A stretch of 63,645 nucleotides of DNA, filler included, from Octopus bimaculoides (taxonomy: Eukaryota): assembly GCF_001194135.2 (NCBI RefSeq). It is 7 parts of 7 records of this genome, joined end to end, with 100 filler letters (N's around TTAATTAATTAA, not from the genome) between each part and the next. Parts side by side here need not be neighbours in the genome. Positions count along the whole stretch, not along the records: positions 12,873 to 30,104 come from NC_068990.1; positions 30,205 to 33,578 come from NC_068988.1; positions 33,679 to 50,355 come from NC_068981.1; 4 more parts are not named here. One strand, written 5' to 3'. A model generated the notes under the pieces. It worked only from the letters and a program-made list of their open reading frames with translations, was not told where the DNA came from and ran no database searches. How positions within the stretch are numbered: position 1 is the first letter of the stretch; each line of letters opens with the position of its first letter. Of this stretch, positions 26,564 to 40,141 are shown in pieces. The translations under genes and the position numbers were made by a program.

Positions 26564-26792
26564 TTCCGTCACTGTTGGAATTTTCCGCTTGTTGCATTTT
26601 TCGGAAGAGATCATGCATGCCATTCTTTAATGTGAACACTGTTCTATAACTTGCAGACTCTTTTAAAAGAATATTACAATCCTGGTTTAGAAAAGTTGGT
26701 GGCCTTTTCAAACGCGGTTTTCTTTTTTGCTTGTTTACATCGCGATCACAATTTGTAGCACATTTCTCTTTTGTTTCCGATATTGTTGTCAT
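26564..26792 (-). CDS. Candidate first coding exon of an unidentified gene (76 codons plus 1 nt)
   Basis: ATG at 26792; MTTISETKEKCATNCDRDVNKQKRKPRLKRPPTFLNQDCNILLKESASYRTVFTLKNGMHDLFRKMQQAENSNSDG; GAA|GTAAGG donor at 26563; sits in a repeat-free island. No homologue recognised. Confidence 0.3.
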
Positions 26793-26974
26793 TAAGATTG
26801 ATATTAAGATATGTAGACCCACGATATCGTGTGGTTACGTATTCTGTCAACAGAATCACATGACAGTTTATACTTAGGATGTTCTTGTTTACTCGCTGCC
26901 AAGCTCATGCTGACAAGATATATAATTTAAAAGACCATATTTTTTACAGCATGATGCATCCAGTATTGATTGTA

Positions 26975-27194
26975 ATATTTAGACTGCAGCCATGCTAGGT
27001 CAACACCTCGAACTATTTTTAGTCGAATAAATCGACCCCACTTCATTTTGTGTCACTTTCGTTTTAAACCTGGTGTTTAAAAAATATTTTTTTGGGTTTT
27101 TTTTTTTTTACCAAACTGCTAATTACGAGGCCAAAAATATACGAAGACCGTTTGCAAAGCAGCGATTGGGAATAAACAGACAGAAACACACACA

Positions 27195-27235
<41 letters not shown>

Positions 27236-27432
27236 ACCCACACAAACACGCACACACACGCACACACATACATATGCAACTGGCTTCTTTTCCTTACCGA
27301 TTACGATATCTACTCACAAGGCTTTGGTCGGCCCGAGGCTATAGAAGACATTTTCTTAAGCTAACGCACAAAGGGACTGAACCTGGAACATGTAGTTTTA
27401 AGAAGCAAGATTTATACCACATAGTCACATCT
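26975..27432 (-). mobile_element. SINE family B, diverged
   Basis: gactgcagccatgcta..gtcgaataaatcgacccc..[CA]n..cacaaggctttggtcggcccgaggctatagaagaca..gggactgaacctggaac. Confidence 0.85.
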
Positions 27433-27689
27433 GCATCTATCAGGTAATGTCTGAGATGGTTTTGTTAACTGCTACTTTTAAATAATCTGATGCCCTCCAT
27501 TCCTCTCCTGCTGCTTCGTAAGTTGCTCTTAGGTTTCCATATCATGCTATCACAAGCCCCAGGATATTTGTGTCTACACTCCTAAAACTCATTGGGATAG
27601 TTACCCGTTTCCATGGCACGTAAGTGACAAAGCTCAACAAGCACTCCCCTTATATGAACAGAACGCTAGTGCGTCGCAGTGTTGGTCAT

Positions 27690-27830
27690 TTACAAATGAG
27701 TTAACTGGGGCAACATAAAAAGAAGTGTTTCGTTGAAGAACTCAACGCAACGGCCGGTCCGGGAATGGAAACCTCTATTTTGCAATCGTGGCTGCAACAC
27801 CCGAACCACAAGGCCACGCGCCTTCGTAAT
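27690..27830 (-). mobile_element. SINE family D 5' portion
   Basis: aactggggcaacataaa..aagtgtttcgttgaagaactcaacgca.cggccggtccgggaatggaaacc..aaccac.aggccacgcgcc. Confidence 0.7.
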
Positions 27831-29186
27831 TCCAGAAATTTCAATATAAATTCAAAATCATTCCCAGAGACCCACTTTCAAACCAACAAAATTATCCTAC
27901 ACACCATTTCTCAAATAAAATATCTACGGATGTAGAATTTCTGCTAATGAAGCCGTATCTTTTGACCGTTCGTTTCGTCACACATCTATACACACACACA
28001 CACACACACCCACACACACACACACACACACACGCACACACACACACATACACACACACACAGGGACAAATACAGACGCGCGCACTCGGACAGATACATA
28101 CACACCCACAGATACAGATACACATATACACACGCACACACGCACACACACACACATACACACGCATACACACAGAATAGCTCACGTGCACACAGAAATA
28201 ATTCCCACATTCTTTTCTCTTCTAAATATATGGTTGTGAGTCGAGTCGCCATATGTGACCTTCTTTGAGTAATCAGACAGAACATCGTAATAATTCCTGC
28301 TTCAATAACCCGGAGTAAAATTTTTGTTTCAATACTTATTCGAATTTTAATTAACTCGGAAGCTAATCTGATATTTTACAGATTCACTTCATTGAAATTA
28401 ACTTTTTAATTTAAATTACAGTTAAAGAATTTAGCATTCTACGTTAATGTTTGCAATATTTTGTTTTAACGGAGGCAGTTTTTATATAAAAGAGAGTATT
28501 CGAAATCAAGGTGATTGAGTACTCTGCATTAGTTATCGACTCTGTTATTGACATATCGATAGAATCGATCAATGTTCTTTATCCTTGAGATACAAGATAC
28601 GCGTAACATTATATCGTGATGCAGTGGAACGATTTAGACAATTCAGAGAATTGCCTAGAGCAAAGGAATGTAAACGTTTTTGTGTGTGTATGTGATTTCT
28701 TTTCTTCTTCTTCTTGTGTATTTTTGTTTTGGCAATCAAATACTTGATCAATTCAAACAGATTAGAAATGATGCCACTGAATAAGCTATAAAACGTTGAA
28801 GAAAACGATTCCACGAGGAAATAGCAAAAGATAAATGAATGATTGATGCCCGGAAGAACTCTACAGTTGAATCCCACTTAGTGCCGCTATATTCTGTAAT
28901 AAATAACACAATTAATAGATTTGACTTGCCTGGTTTGAAACGGTTGATACCTCATACAGTGTTGTTTTGTTATCTTCCTACTGTGGCACATGAATTATCT
29001 CAATTGTATTTTATCAGCTTACAAGATCTGTCTATGACTTATGTGATCTCAAATCAATAGGCAAACACAGAACTGATCTGAACAAATTAGATGATATTGT
29101 GGAGAGAAATATTGCGGAATCGAATATATTCAAAGACAGGCGTCACAGCAGATCTTTAAGCATTGGTAAAAATAATAATTATAATG

Positions 29187-29384
29187 TTTACAAATTTTGG
29201 CACAAGGCCAGAAATTTAAGGATAGGGGCCAAGTCGCCAATGATCAAATTGTACTTATATCGAACCCGAAAGGATAAAAGATAAAGTCGGTCTCGATAGA
29301 ATTTGAAATCAGAACGTAAAGACGGACGAAATCACGCTAAGCATTTTGCCTTGTGTTCAAACGATTCTGCCAGCTTACCACCTT
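29187..29384 (-). mobile_element. SINE family A
   Basis: ttttggcacaaggcca..cgaaaggat.aaag..aaagtcg..gaatttgaa.tcagaacgtaaagacggacgaaat..gctaagcatttt..aacgattctgccagct. Confidence 0.85.
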
Positions 29385-29411
29385 AATAATAACAATAATA
29401 ATAATAATAAT

Positions 29412-30052
<641 letters not shown>

Positions 30053-30148
30053 CATATTCAGCACCGGGCTGAATAACAACATGGATGTGCTACACCGGGC
30101 TCCCNNNNNNNNNNNNNNNNNNNNNNNNNNNNNNNNNNNNNNNNNNNN

Positions 30149-30160
30149 TTAATTAATTAA
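30149..30160. other. Artificial scaffolding spacer TTAATTAATTAA
   Basis: 44N+12+44N block. Confidence 0.95.
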
Positions 30161-30225
30161 NNNNNNNNNNNNNNNNNNNNNNNNNNNNNNNNNNNNNNNN
30201 NNNNTATATATATATATATATATAT

Positions 30226-30735
30226 ATTCATAGTGGCCCTCTCGGACATACCCTCAGCTACTTAGATAGCCACCCTTACTTGCTATGCAGATGGCACAAG
30301 AGTCTCTCAGACAATACAAAGTCATGGAAATATTGCACATCTGTAATGGGAGTTGGATGCAATATACAGGTGGGCTGAGGACAACAACATACAGTTTAAT
30401 GCAAGAAAATTCCAAGCCCTGCGCTGCCACCAAACAAAGCTAAACGACATGCAGACAGGATACACTGGCCCGGTGGGAATTGCAATCCTTGAATCAAAAT
30501 CAGTGCGTGACATGAGCAATGATGCATCTTTCCAAATGCATATTAACCAATTTGGCAATAAAATGCAGATGGCTAGGTGGAAAGATCTTTCGAACTTTCA
30601 AAACGAAAGAAAAGGAAACATTGATGGTCCTTTGGAGGACATACGTCCTCAGCCGCTTCGACTGTTGCTTCCAACTATGGACACAACACAATATAAAATT
30701 AACGATGGAGCTCGAAATCCAACGAAGCTACACTA
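30226..30735 (+). pseudogene. CR1/Jockey-group LINE reverse-transcriptase C-terminal fragment
   Basis: FIVALSDIPSAT*IATLTCYADGTRVSQ..LDAIYRWAEDNNIQFNARKFQALR..ETLMVLWRTYVLSRFDCCFQLW..LEIQRSYTK (YADD decayed to YADG; 'W...N...FN..K' and 'V..R.DYC..LW' hallmarks). Confidence 0.85.
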
Positions 30736-30736
30736 A

Positions 30737-30882
30737 GTGGTGCGTGGTAAGGAACTTGCTTCCCACATGGTTCCGGGTTCAGTCCTACTGAGTGCCACCT
30801 TGGGCAAGTGTCTTCTACTATAGCCTCGGGCCGATCAAGGCCTTGTGGGTGGATTTGGTAGACAGAAACTGATAGAAGCCTG

Positions 30883-30946
<64 letters not shown>

Positions 30947-31190
30947 ATCTATTTGTGTTTGTGTGTGTGCGTCTTTATGTTTGTCCCTTACCACTGGTTG
31001 ACAATCGGTGTCGTGTTTACGTCCCCATAACACAGCGATTCGATAAATGAGACCGATAGAATAAGTACTAGGCGTTAAAAAAAAAGAAGAAATGTCCAGG
31101 GATCGATTCGTTTGACTAAAACCCTTCAAGGTGGTGCTCTAGCATGACCACAGTCAGATGACTAAAACAAATAAAAGATAAAAAGTAAAA
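30737..31190 (+). mobile_element. SINE family B, full length
   Basis: gtggtgcgtggtaaggaacttgcttcccacatggttccgggttcagtcc..ccttgggcaagtgtcttctactatagcctcgggccg..[CA]n..gatagaataagtactagg..aaggtggtgctctagcatgaccacagtca.atgact. Confidence 0.9.
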
Positions 31191-31241
31191 GCTATATATA
31201 CATGCATACATGCAAACACACACACACATATATATACATGC

Positions 31242-31318
<77 letters not shown>

Positions 31319-31360
31319 TGTGTATAGATATATGTACATACACACACATAGCTCTTTATC

Positions 31361-31453
<93 letters not shown>

Positions 31454-32241
31454 CTCTGTCTGTCCGTCCGTCTGTTCATCCATCCATCCATCCATCCATT
31501 TTTCAAAACCAGAAAGAAAGCTGATTCGAAGACTACTGATCCAAGCCATCACTGGAACTGTAAAAATCTGTAAAACTTTTCTGAAGTTTATCATGTAAGT
31601 ATATATGAGCATATCTAGACATGCAATTATATGCATGAGAATATATATACATGAAACACAACATACAAATCTTCACATATGCATACATAAATTCAAATAT
31701 ACCCTGTTGATGTTATTGAAATTTCAGTGAAGGTTAGAAACCGGCTCCTTCTCTATTGGAAAGAAATTGAATAGTTACATACATACTTATACATCTATTT
31801 GATAGATGTGAATGAGGAACTTGGAATGAATAAGAAAAGCCACTACGAGTATTGCGTTCTATTTCTAGCGATTGTAGATCCACATATACGCGTGCGTATA
31901 TATATGTATCTGGTGGTGGTGTGTGTGTGTCGAACTTGTTAAACCGGACTCACTATAAAAAAAAAAACCATAAAAACAAATCGATGCGCAAATGAACCCA
32001 CACAAAATGTGTTCTATATATATATATATATATATATATANNNNNNNNNNNNNNNNNNNNNNNNNNNNNNNNNNNNNNNNNNNNNNNNNNNNNNNNNNNN
32101 NNNNNNNNNNNNNNNNNNNNNNNNNNNNNNNNNNNNNNNNNNNNNNNNNNNNNNNNNNNNNNNNNNNNNNNNNNNNNNNNNNNNNNNNNNNNNNNNNNNN
32201 NNNNNNNNNNNNNNNNNNNNNNNNNNNNNNNNNNNNNNNNN

Positions 32242-32276
<35 letters not shown>

Positions 32277-32292
32277 TATACAATATATACAT

Positions 32293-32327
<35 letters not shown>

Positions 32328-32704
32328 ATTGCACCTCAAAATTGTCGTTAGTCATTGAAAATCATCGAAACGCAGTCAAATAACTTCCACCCGCTAACAC
32401 AGGTAACGAACAGAGTTAGGAACATACACACACACACACATGTGAACATACCATAAATACTTATACACAGAGAACAATTCGCGCTTTATACAGGAATGTA
32501 CTAGAATAGAATATAGAAATGAGTGAACATACCTGGACACACCTAAGCATACATAAATATGAGCATGTATTTAAAAGCTCTAAGGCAAACCTATACATAC
32601 ATTTACACGCAGAGACATAAACACGCACATACATACAAACGCGCGCACAAAATTAAGAATTTATAGCTCATAACTTTGATACGTGTGTATGTACGCATGC
32701 ATGC

Positions 32705-32895
32705 ACAAGGCCAAAAGTTTCTGGAAAGGGGGCAGTTCGATTATAGCTACCCCAGTGCTCAATTCGTACTTATTTTCTCGACCCCAAAAGGATGAAAGGT
32801 TACGTCAACCCCGGCGAAAATTGAACTCAGAACATAAACTCGGGAGAAGTATCGATAACCATTTCCCCCGGCGGGGTACCGATTCTGCCAGCACA
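32705..32895 (-). mobile_element. SINE family A, diverged
   Basis: cacaaggcc..ccccagtgctcaa..gtacttatttt.tcgacccc.aaggatgaaagg..aattgaactcagaac..gattctgccagc. Confidence 0.8.
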
Positions 32896-32960
32896 CCTTT
32901 TGCATATCTATCTATCTATCTATATATATATATATATATAAGAGCACGCACACACGCGCG

Positions 32961-32991
<31 letters not shown>

Positions 32992-33054
32992 GCGCGCACA
33001 CACACACGCGCGCACACACACAGAACCATATAGTCACATGCATGCATATATATA

Positions 33055-33106
<52 letters not shown>

Positions 33107-33173
33107 CACATATACACACATACACATGTATACACACACATAGACACACACACATATATATGCATACATAAAT

Positions 33174-33221
<48 letters not shown>

Positions 33222-33296
33222 TATATGTGCATACACAAACGCAGGTATACAGAGATATAAGTTGTAATCCCATAGATACACGTGGCACTGCTGCTG

Positions 33297-33370
<74 letters not shown>

Positions 33371-33622
33371 CCACAAGTATAAGCAGGTATACATGCACTA
33401 TTTCACATACCAGTATCTCCTTGAACCAATGCGCTAATGCTAACAGAAAATCCGTTTCCCCCCCTCCACCTTTCGTTGGCATCTATGTATATTGTGTGTG
33501 TGTGTCTACAGGTATTTATATATATATGTATATATGTGTGTGTATATATATATATGTATGTATGTATGTATATATATANNNNNNNNNNNNNNNNNNNNNN
33601 NNNNNNNNNNNNNNNNNNNNNN

Positions 33623-33634
33623 TTAATTAATTAA
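33623..33634. other. Artificial scaffolding spacer TTAATTAATTAA
   Basis: 44N+12+44N block. Confidence 0.95.
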
Positions 33635-35433
33635 NNNNNNNNNNNNNNNNNNNNNNNNNNNNNNNNNNNNNNNNNNNNACAGCACAAGTCATTTTCCTTC
33701 TAAACTTATTATGAAGACAGTAGAAAACGAGAACTTTGACACACACACACACACACACACACACGCAAACACACACATACACTCTCATACACGCACAAAC
33801 ACACACAAACACACTCACACACACACGCGCACGCACACACACTCGCGCGCACATGCAAACACACACACATACACACTCGCACATGCACACACACACACAC
33901 ACACAGACGCACACACGCAAACATACACACATACGCTCTCGCACACGCACAAAAACACACACACACAAACACACACGCGCAAGCACATACACTCGCGCGC
34001 ACACGCAAACAAACACACATACACTCTCGTACACACACACACATGCACAGAATATCTGTGGAACTGTCTTCACGTCGGTTAGTCTACAGAGTAAGAGGCC
34101 CCGCGATCACCCTGAAATACATGATTTCACCCAACATGGCTCCAGACTAAATTGTTTCAGGTTGACTTTGTCAAAGTAGGAGTTCTAATAATATACCAAC
34201 AACAATTAAACACAAACACTGGTAATGGTCTTAATTGGCAACTAATTTATTGTCAGTTAGTTCTAATTGTTATATGCCTGACATAAGCACCTATTTAGCC
34301 GTTAACACCTGTTTGTCCGTTAAACATCTATTTGCCCGTTTTAACTCTTATCCTACAAAGTAGAAGCTCCACATTCATACAGACATTGTAACGTAAAAAC
34401 CCTGTATAGACTAATATGTCCTTGATGTTAATCGAATCAACATATCGCGTGGTCCAATACTGATGATCTCTCAACGTTAGAATGGACTCCAAGGGCAGGG
34501 TCTCCGGCCCCGAGAGGTCCGTGAAAGAAAGCAGTTTTTTTAAGTGAGAGCGTAAAGTGCCAAGGAGAATTCTGCAAAGTTTTGCCATTTCCCGGCCGGA
34601 CAATCGTACTCTTTTATTGCCCCCATAAATTTGAAAGGTAGATTTGACATCGGTAGAGTTTGAACTCACAGCACAAGGTATTCTCTCTCACGCTGCAAAC
34701 AATTATATATATATACTTCTGGAGGCTGAAGATGGAAATGAGTGGAAAGCCTTAATAAACTATGTCTGTCAATGTCTGCCTATAACCTCTTCCCCACTAT
34801 TATTCGTATTTCTTTGTTGAATTTTGACTAATAGATATTGATTGATAATTTGTTAGCCTTAACACACAAATAAAGAAATTCTATCCACCAATGCGGTGTT
34901 GAGCACTCATTTTCATCGTTCGACATTCACGTATAATATATATATATATATATACATATGAATGGCTTTCATACTGATACACACATATGTAGACATAGAA
35001 TGGCGTATATCCCCCCCCCCACACACACACACTTACATCACACTCGTTTGTCTATAAAGTCGTACTTGCAGGTATCCGCACCTTATTGTAAGAAAGAGTA
35101 GTTAATGTGAGTCACTTCTCTTCTTCACTTTCAAGTGCGCCAAATAAATGTTATTTAATCTCCTCCTCCTTCTTCTTCCCTGCAGATCAACATAAAAACC
35201 ATAAAACAACCCCATATTCTACTCAACGAATCGTAAGATTTCTGTTTCAACCCCTGACCTCGCTCATCTATTTTCATTCTACAAACGAACATTTCGCCAT
35301 AACGAGGAGCTGAAGTCGTGTTACACTTCTGCGTAAATTGCTAACATTTCCTCACCAAGATAAATTGCTACCATTATAAGACAGTTGTAATGTTGATTGC
35401 ACCAATGCAAGAGCCCAATAATATACGCACTCT

Positions 35434-35490
<57 letters not shown>

Positions 35491-36343
35491 CTTTGTATAT
35501 GTATTGTATAGGTATGCATGTATGTATGTATATATACGTATATACACTTCAATAATTTCTAAGTACAAGAATGGTTCGTGGCTGGTTTTAAGCATTAAGT
35601 TGATATTAAGAAGCGTTTGTAATGGATATAAACATTTTCTGTTGAGAAGACATCTTTTATGGATACTATCAAAATAAGTAACAACGAATTGAATATTTTA
35701 TTTGTTGTTTGAAGTGTAAATCAAGGTGGAGTAGAGGTCGATTGCAATGAATTTTGGGAAGCATCTCTCTACTTGGTGATATAAATATTATAATTCTGAA
35801 ACTTAACTTAGGAATTACAGACAGAAAAGGAGCAAAATACTGCAATAAAAGACTAGGATTTGGTTTATGAAAATTCTAATATCGACCAAAATTTAATTTC
35901 CCCACTCCTTAAGAGGTTTTTATGCAGCTTCGCGACTTTCTGAAAATAGCAGCCAGACGCTTTGGAGGGCTTTCTAGGGAAAAATGGAAGTCCAAGTAAG
36001 AGAATACTTTTTTTTTTTTTTGCTTTTTACTTAGAAAGATATTCCTAGAAAGATTAGGAAGGATTTCTCTACATAGAAAGAATTGTATGATTCTAGACTC
36101 ACTAGAATATATATATACGTACGTACATGCATGCATTTGGACATACATGAAAACTGGTAGACAGTGTTGTCTATTGATGTGAAGCCAGCATTGCCGAAAG
36201 TTTAAGATCCAGTTCCATGGACCACAGTATTTGCCTTCTTCTCAAAGAGAACCTAAGTCTTGTAAGTGAATTTGCTTTGACAGTTCTTGGATGTGTGCAG
36301 AATAGTATATTACTAATTATATAAAAAAAAAGATTGTTTGTCT

Positions 36344-36391
<48 letters not shown>

Positions 36392-36402
36392 GTAGTACAA
36401 TA

Positions 36403-36561
36403 TGTGACAATTATTCGGTTGCGATAATAAAACTTTGAGTTTCGGATGTCGGAGCGGAAACCTGCTCCGGCATCTCTTCAGTTATCGAGGGTGCCGGAGC
36501 ATGTTTCCACCCTCACATCCGAAACTCGGAGTTTTATTATGGTAACCGAATAATTGTTACA
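36403..36561. mobile_element. ~160-bp foldback (MITE-like) element
   Basis: tgtgacaattattcggttgcgataataaaactttgagtttcggatgt..ggaaacctgctccggca is inverted relative to tgccggagcatgtttcc..acatccgaaactcggagttttattatggtaaccgaataattgttaca. Confidence 0.85.
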
Positions 36562-36930
36562 TTATATTACAGAAAAATTCCTTTATTTACATAATACCAG
36601 GTTTCTTTCATTCTTTTGTTGTCTTACCATTACTATTAATACATATATATATATATGCTTTTGTCAATTGAGATATATCCGTTCTTCATAGCATACATAA
36701 CCTTACGTTCTTCGTGCTTTCTTTCAATTCAAATTTGATTTCCCTTGTTTCTGAGTATATTAAAAACTACAAATATTCCCAATGCATACCAACATTAATT
36801 CATTATTAAAACGTTAAAAAGCAAATTTAAGCCACGTCACCTTTCGTCACTAACCACTAAACTATTAGATTAGTCTCTAATGTCGTCCGTCAAATAAATG
36901 TTTAACATCAACATCAGCTGTGTGTAGGAT

Positions 36931-37249
36931 TAGGGTGAAGTGAAAATCAAAAGTTGTGGAAATTGAAAATACCTGAGGACCGAAATATTGCTAAGTTTGA
37001 TTATTAGAAAAATGCTAAATGTTCGCTGAGATCAATCAAGGTAATTTACTCTCTCAAGCCCAGTAAACTCCGAAAATGGGAGATTTTTGTAAACTTTTTA
37101 CAATAGCGGAATTTGTGGGGTCTGAAGTAATAAATTCCCTTGATTGATCTCAACGAAAATTTAGTATTATTCTAGCAATCAAGTATAGCAACATCTTAGC
37201 TCTCAGGCATTTTCAGTTTCTACAATTTTTAAATTTTCACTTCACCCTA
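36931..37249. mobile_element. ~320-bp foldback (MITE-like) element with ~145-bp arms, TA-flanked
   Basis: TA GGGTGAAGTGAAAAT..gagatcaatcaagg.. / ..ccttgattgatctc..ATTTTCACTTCACCC TA. Confidence 0.85.
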
Positions 37250-37277
37250 GTATAGATTTTTTGCCGAAATATCAATT

Positions 37278-37475
37278 TTAAATTTGGGCACAAGGCTAGC
37301 AATTTCGCGTGAGGAAGAGGCGATCACATCGACCCCAGTGCTTAAGTGTTACTTATTTTATCGACCCCGAAAGGATGAAAGGAAAATGTCGATCCCGGTG
37401 GCATTTGAACTCACAACGTAAAGCCGGACAAAATGCCGCTAAGCATTTATTCCGCCAAGCTAACGATTCTGCCAT
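37278..37475 (-). mobile_element. SINE family A
   Basis: ggcacaaggctagcaatttcg..atcgaccccagtgc..tttatcgaccccgaaaggatgaaagg..ttgaactcacaacgtaaag..gctaagcattt..gctaacgattctgcca. Confidence 0.88.
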
Positions 37476-39764
37476 CTCACTTTTTTTGAATGCTTTATCG
37501 CTATATTAATGGTTTAACTGCAGAAGAAGTTTTTACTGGGATGGGTTTAAGTGTCCTAAAATTACTGAAGAAATTTTAGCATCGTTGTTAGTTGCCCTTT
37601 AACTTTGGGGTCAGGGAAGGGGGATGTAACGAAATCCCCCTTAGTTTATATTATATCGTTTACATACCATCCAGGGGAGAAGCAGTGTGGAATGTGTTGA
37701 CTCATAGATTCTCAATAACCGATGCTGAACACCCCTCCTCCCATTTAATTGAGGTTGTTTCTCTTGCAACGTGAATAATATTTTAGCAGAACAAGCTGCT
37801 GTAATTAATATGCATTGAGAGAATTTTCTTTGCCACAGCACGATAAGCAATTGCCATAAAAATTACATTTCATGTTATTTTTGCAACAAATACAGTTTTT
37901 TTTTTCTTGCTTGTAAAATGATATTGCATAATTTCGTTTGCCAGTGTAATTAAAGGCATTATAACTTCGGAATTTGGCCTTGCTATGTATTACTATTTTT
38001 TTATTTATTATTTTCAGTTGTTTAATCGACGCTTTTATAATGATGTGTACATCACTTTAGGGAAGTGAGATTCACAAGAAAAGACACTAGAATGATAAAT
38101 CAGGTGAACTCGGAGTTGTTTGTGTTTTTGTTGAGGCCTGTTGGATAAAACAGCTCAAGTGATGAATCAAGTTCAACAGCAAATATTTTCTTACATGAAA
38201 TTCTTCATTTCCTTACTTTTGTTATTTATATATTTGCTTGTTTGTTTATTTTCTTGTTTATGTATTCTTTTCCGTACTCCAAGAAGAAGTTGTCATAAAG
38301 AATAATTTCTTAATTAGCCATGAAAGGTTGTGAGAGAAGTAGTTTGAAGTATGTTGCCGACAGAGACTACTCATCACTTACAGCAAACATTAGAAAAGGC
38401 ATCACAAGGCGTCAGTTAATTCATCATAAAAGGGTTTTGTGTAGATTCAATACAAACCATGAATGGGCCAAAGGGTTTGGTATTCACATTAATGGCTGCT
38501 TCCAATTATAATTAATCGGAAAGAATTGGACGACAACACGAAGATATTTTCCCCGTGACTCCGAGGTAATTTTAACATTTGCTGACCTGTTCGTTATTTT
38601 TCGTTATTACTAATTAAGGAGATATTAATCTTCACGGAACACAAGATTCATTTCGATACTGCAACAGGATCCCAATGAAATATTGTTCTATTACATATTT
38701 AATAGACAGCACGGAAAGTAACACAGTGGAGGTAGAAGCAGCAATAGAAGTAGCAATGTTGAAAGTTGGAAACAATACAAAGACACACACATATACACAC
38801 ATCATACATACATACATACATACATTCATACATACATACATACATACATACATACATACATACATACATACATACATACATACATACATTCATACAAACA
38901 TACGTACGTACTTCATGTGTGAGTGTGTGTGTGTGACATCCTGGTTTTCCTACATTCATTCAAACTTATTGGAAATGTCCCAGGGAAGTAAATTTTATTC
39001 AGTCATCGCTCAAGATTGAACAGTCACCGGAAGCTATTATCAGCCTTGGATAATTGTTTTTATTAAAGAAATTAACCGATCCGATAAGTACCGAGTAAAG
39101 CAAAAGAATGCCCAGTGTTTCAAACCTGGATATGAATTTAAACCTTTCTCCAATACATCTGCTTATATATATATATATATATATATATAACTCCACAGTT
39201 ATTTCGCGTTTCGTGTTGTTAAAACAGTTTTTGCAACTTGTGTTTTCCTTGCAATTAATATACTTTTCTACTCTAGGCACAAGGCCCGAAATTTTGGGGG
39301 AGGGGCCCCTGCAGGGCGTCTATATACTGAAATAACACCTCACTGAACGGGACACCAGTCGGTTGTAGAGCTGTCTTTTGGATTATCTAAGATTAACGTT
39401 CATATGCAGATACAGATCTGATGAAGAATTAGATAAACTCTATGGTTCCTCTGTCATTTCTTATATCACACACACATTTTGTGTAAACAATGAGGTGTGT
39501 AAAAAATATGTTTATGCTGGAAGTGTAAAATATAGAACTACGACCGAGACCCTTTAGTTATCACAAGCCAGAAGCCTATAGCGTTACTCTATCTGCTGAA
39601 AGCAGTAGTCAAATATTCATAAAACCATACTTCTACTATCGTATAAGAGGAAAGACATACTCTAAGTCTACAAACAGGAAAGCGGACAGTGATTTGAGAC
39701 GCACACGCACGTACACACATACACAATATACAGGTATATACATACAGACAGTTAAAATCACAAC

Positions 39765-39842
39765 GCCTGGTCTGGGAAACGAAACCGCGATCCTACGACC
39801 GCGAGTCCGCTGCCCTAACCACTGGGCCATTGAGCCTCCACA
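39765..39842 (-). mobile_element. Isolated tRNA-like head of SINE family C
   Basis: Minus: ggaggctcaatggcccagtggttagggcagcggactcgcggtcgtaggatcgcggtttcgtttcccagaccaggcgttg; near-identical to the heads at ~7190-7265 and ~22005-22075. Confidence 0.85.
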
Positions 39843-40106
39843 TAATCACAGATACTTTAAAACGGTTATCATAAAAATGTATAGGACGCTATATCGAGAC
39901 ATAAATCTTAAAATTATTCGTTTATTAAAATCAAACGTTGGGACCTTATCAGAATTTACAACAAACCAATACACAGCATCTAGTTGATTACTTATGCCAA
40001 CAGAAAAGATTAGTCGGTTGAGCACTAAGACAAAGGGTTGGTGTAGTGAAATTATGGTAGAACTGGAGATGGAATGGATACTTGATATATTTAGTTGGTC
40101 GGTATA

Positions 40107-40141
<35 letters not shown>

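Noticed and set aside
34450-34530. Hammerhead or C/D snoRNA around CTGATGA at ~34460
   Set aside because: No stem II directly followed by GAAA, and no terminal D box with a closing stem
34328-34669. 113-aa minus-strand ORF
   Set aside because: Starts in a SINE-A fragment, has only a weak donor, and no homology recognised
38270-38345. Degenerate hammerhead in a repeat-like block
   Set aside because: The CUGANGA core is absent; only an AAGAA/TTCTT hairpin and GAAAG remain
39765-39842. tRNA-Arg-like gene
   Set aside because: Near-identical to the heads of SINE family C copies at ~7.2 and ~22.0 kb, and lacks a proper acceptor stem
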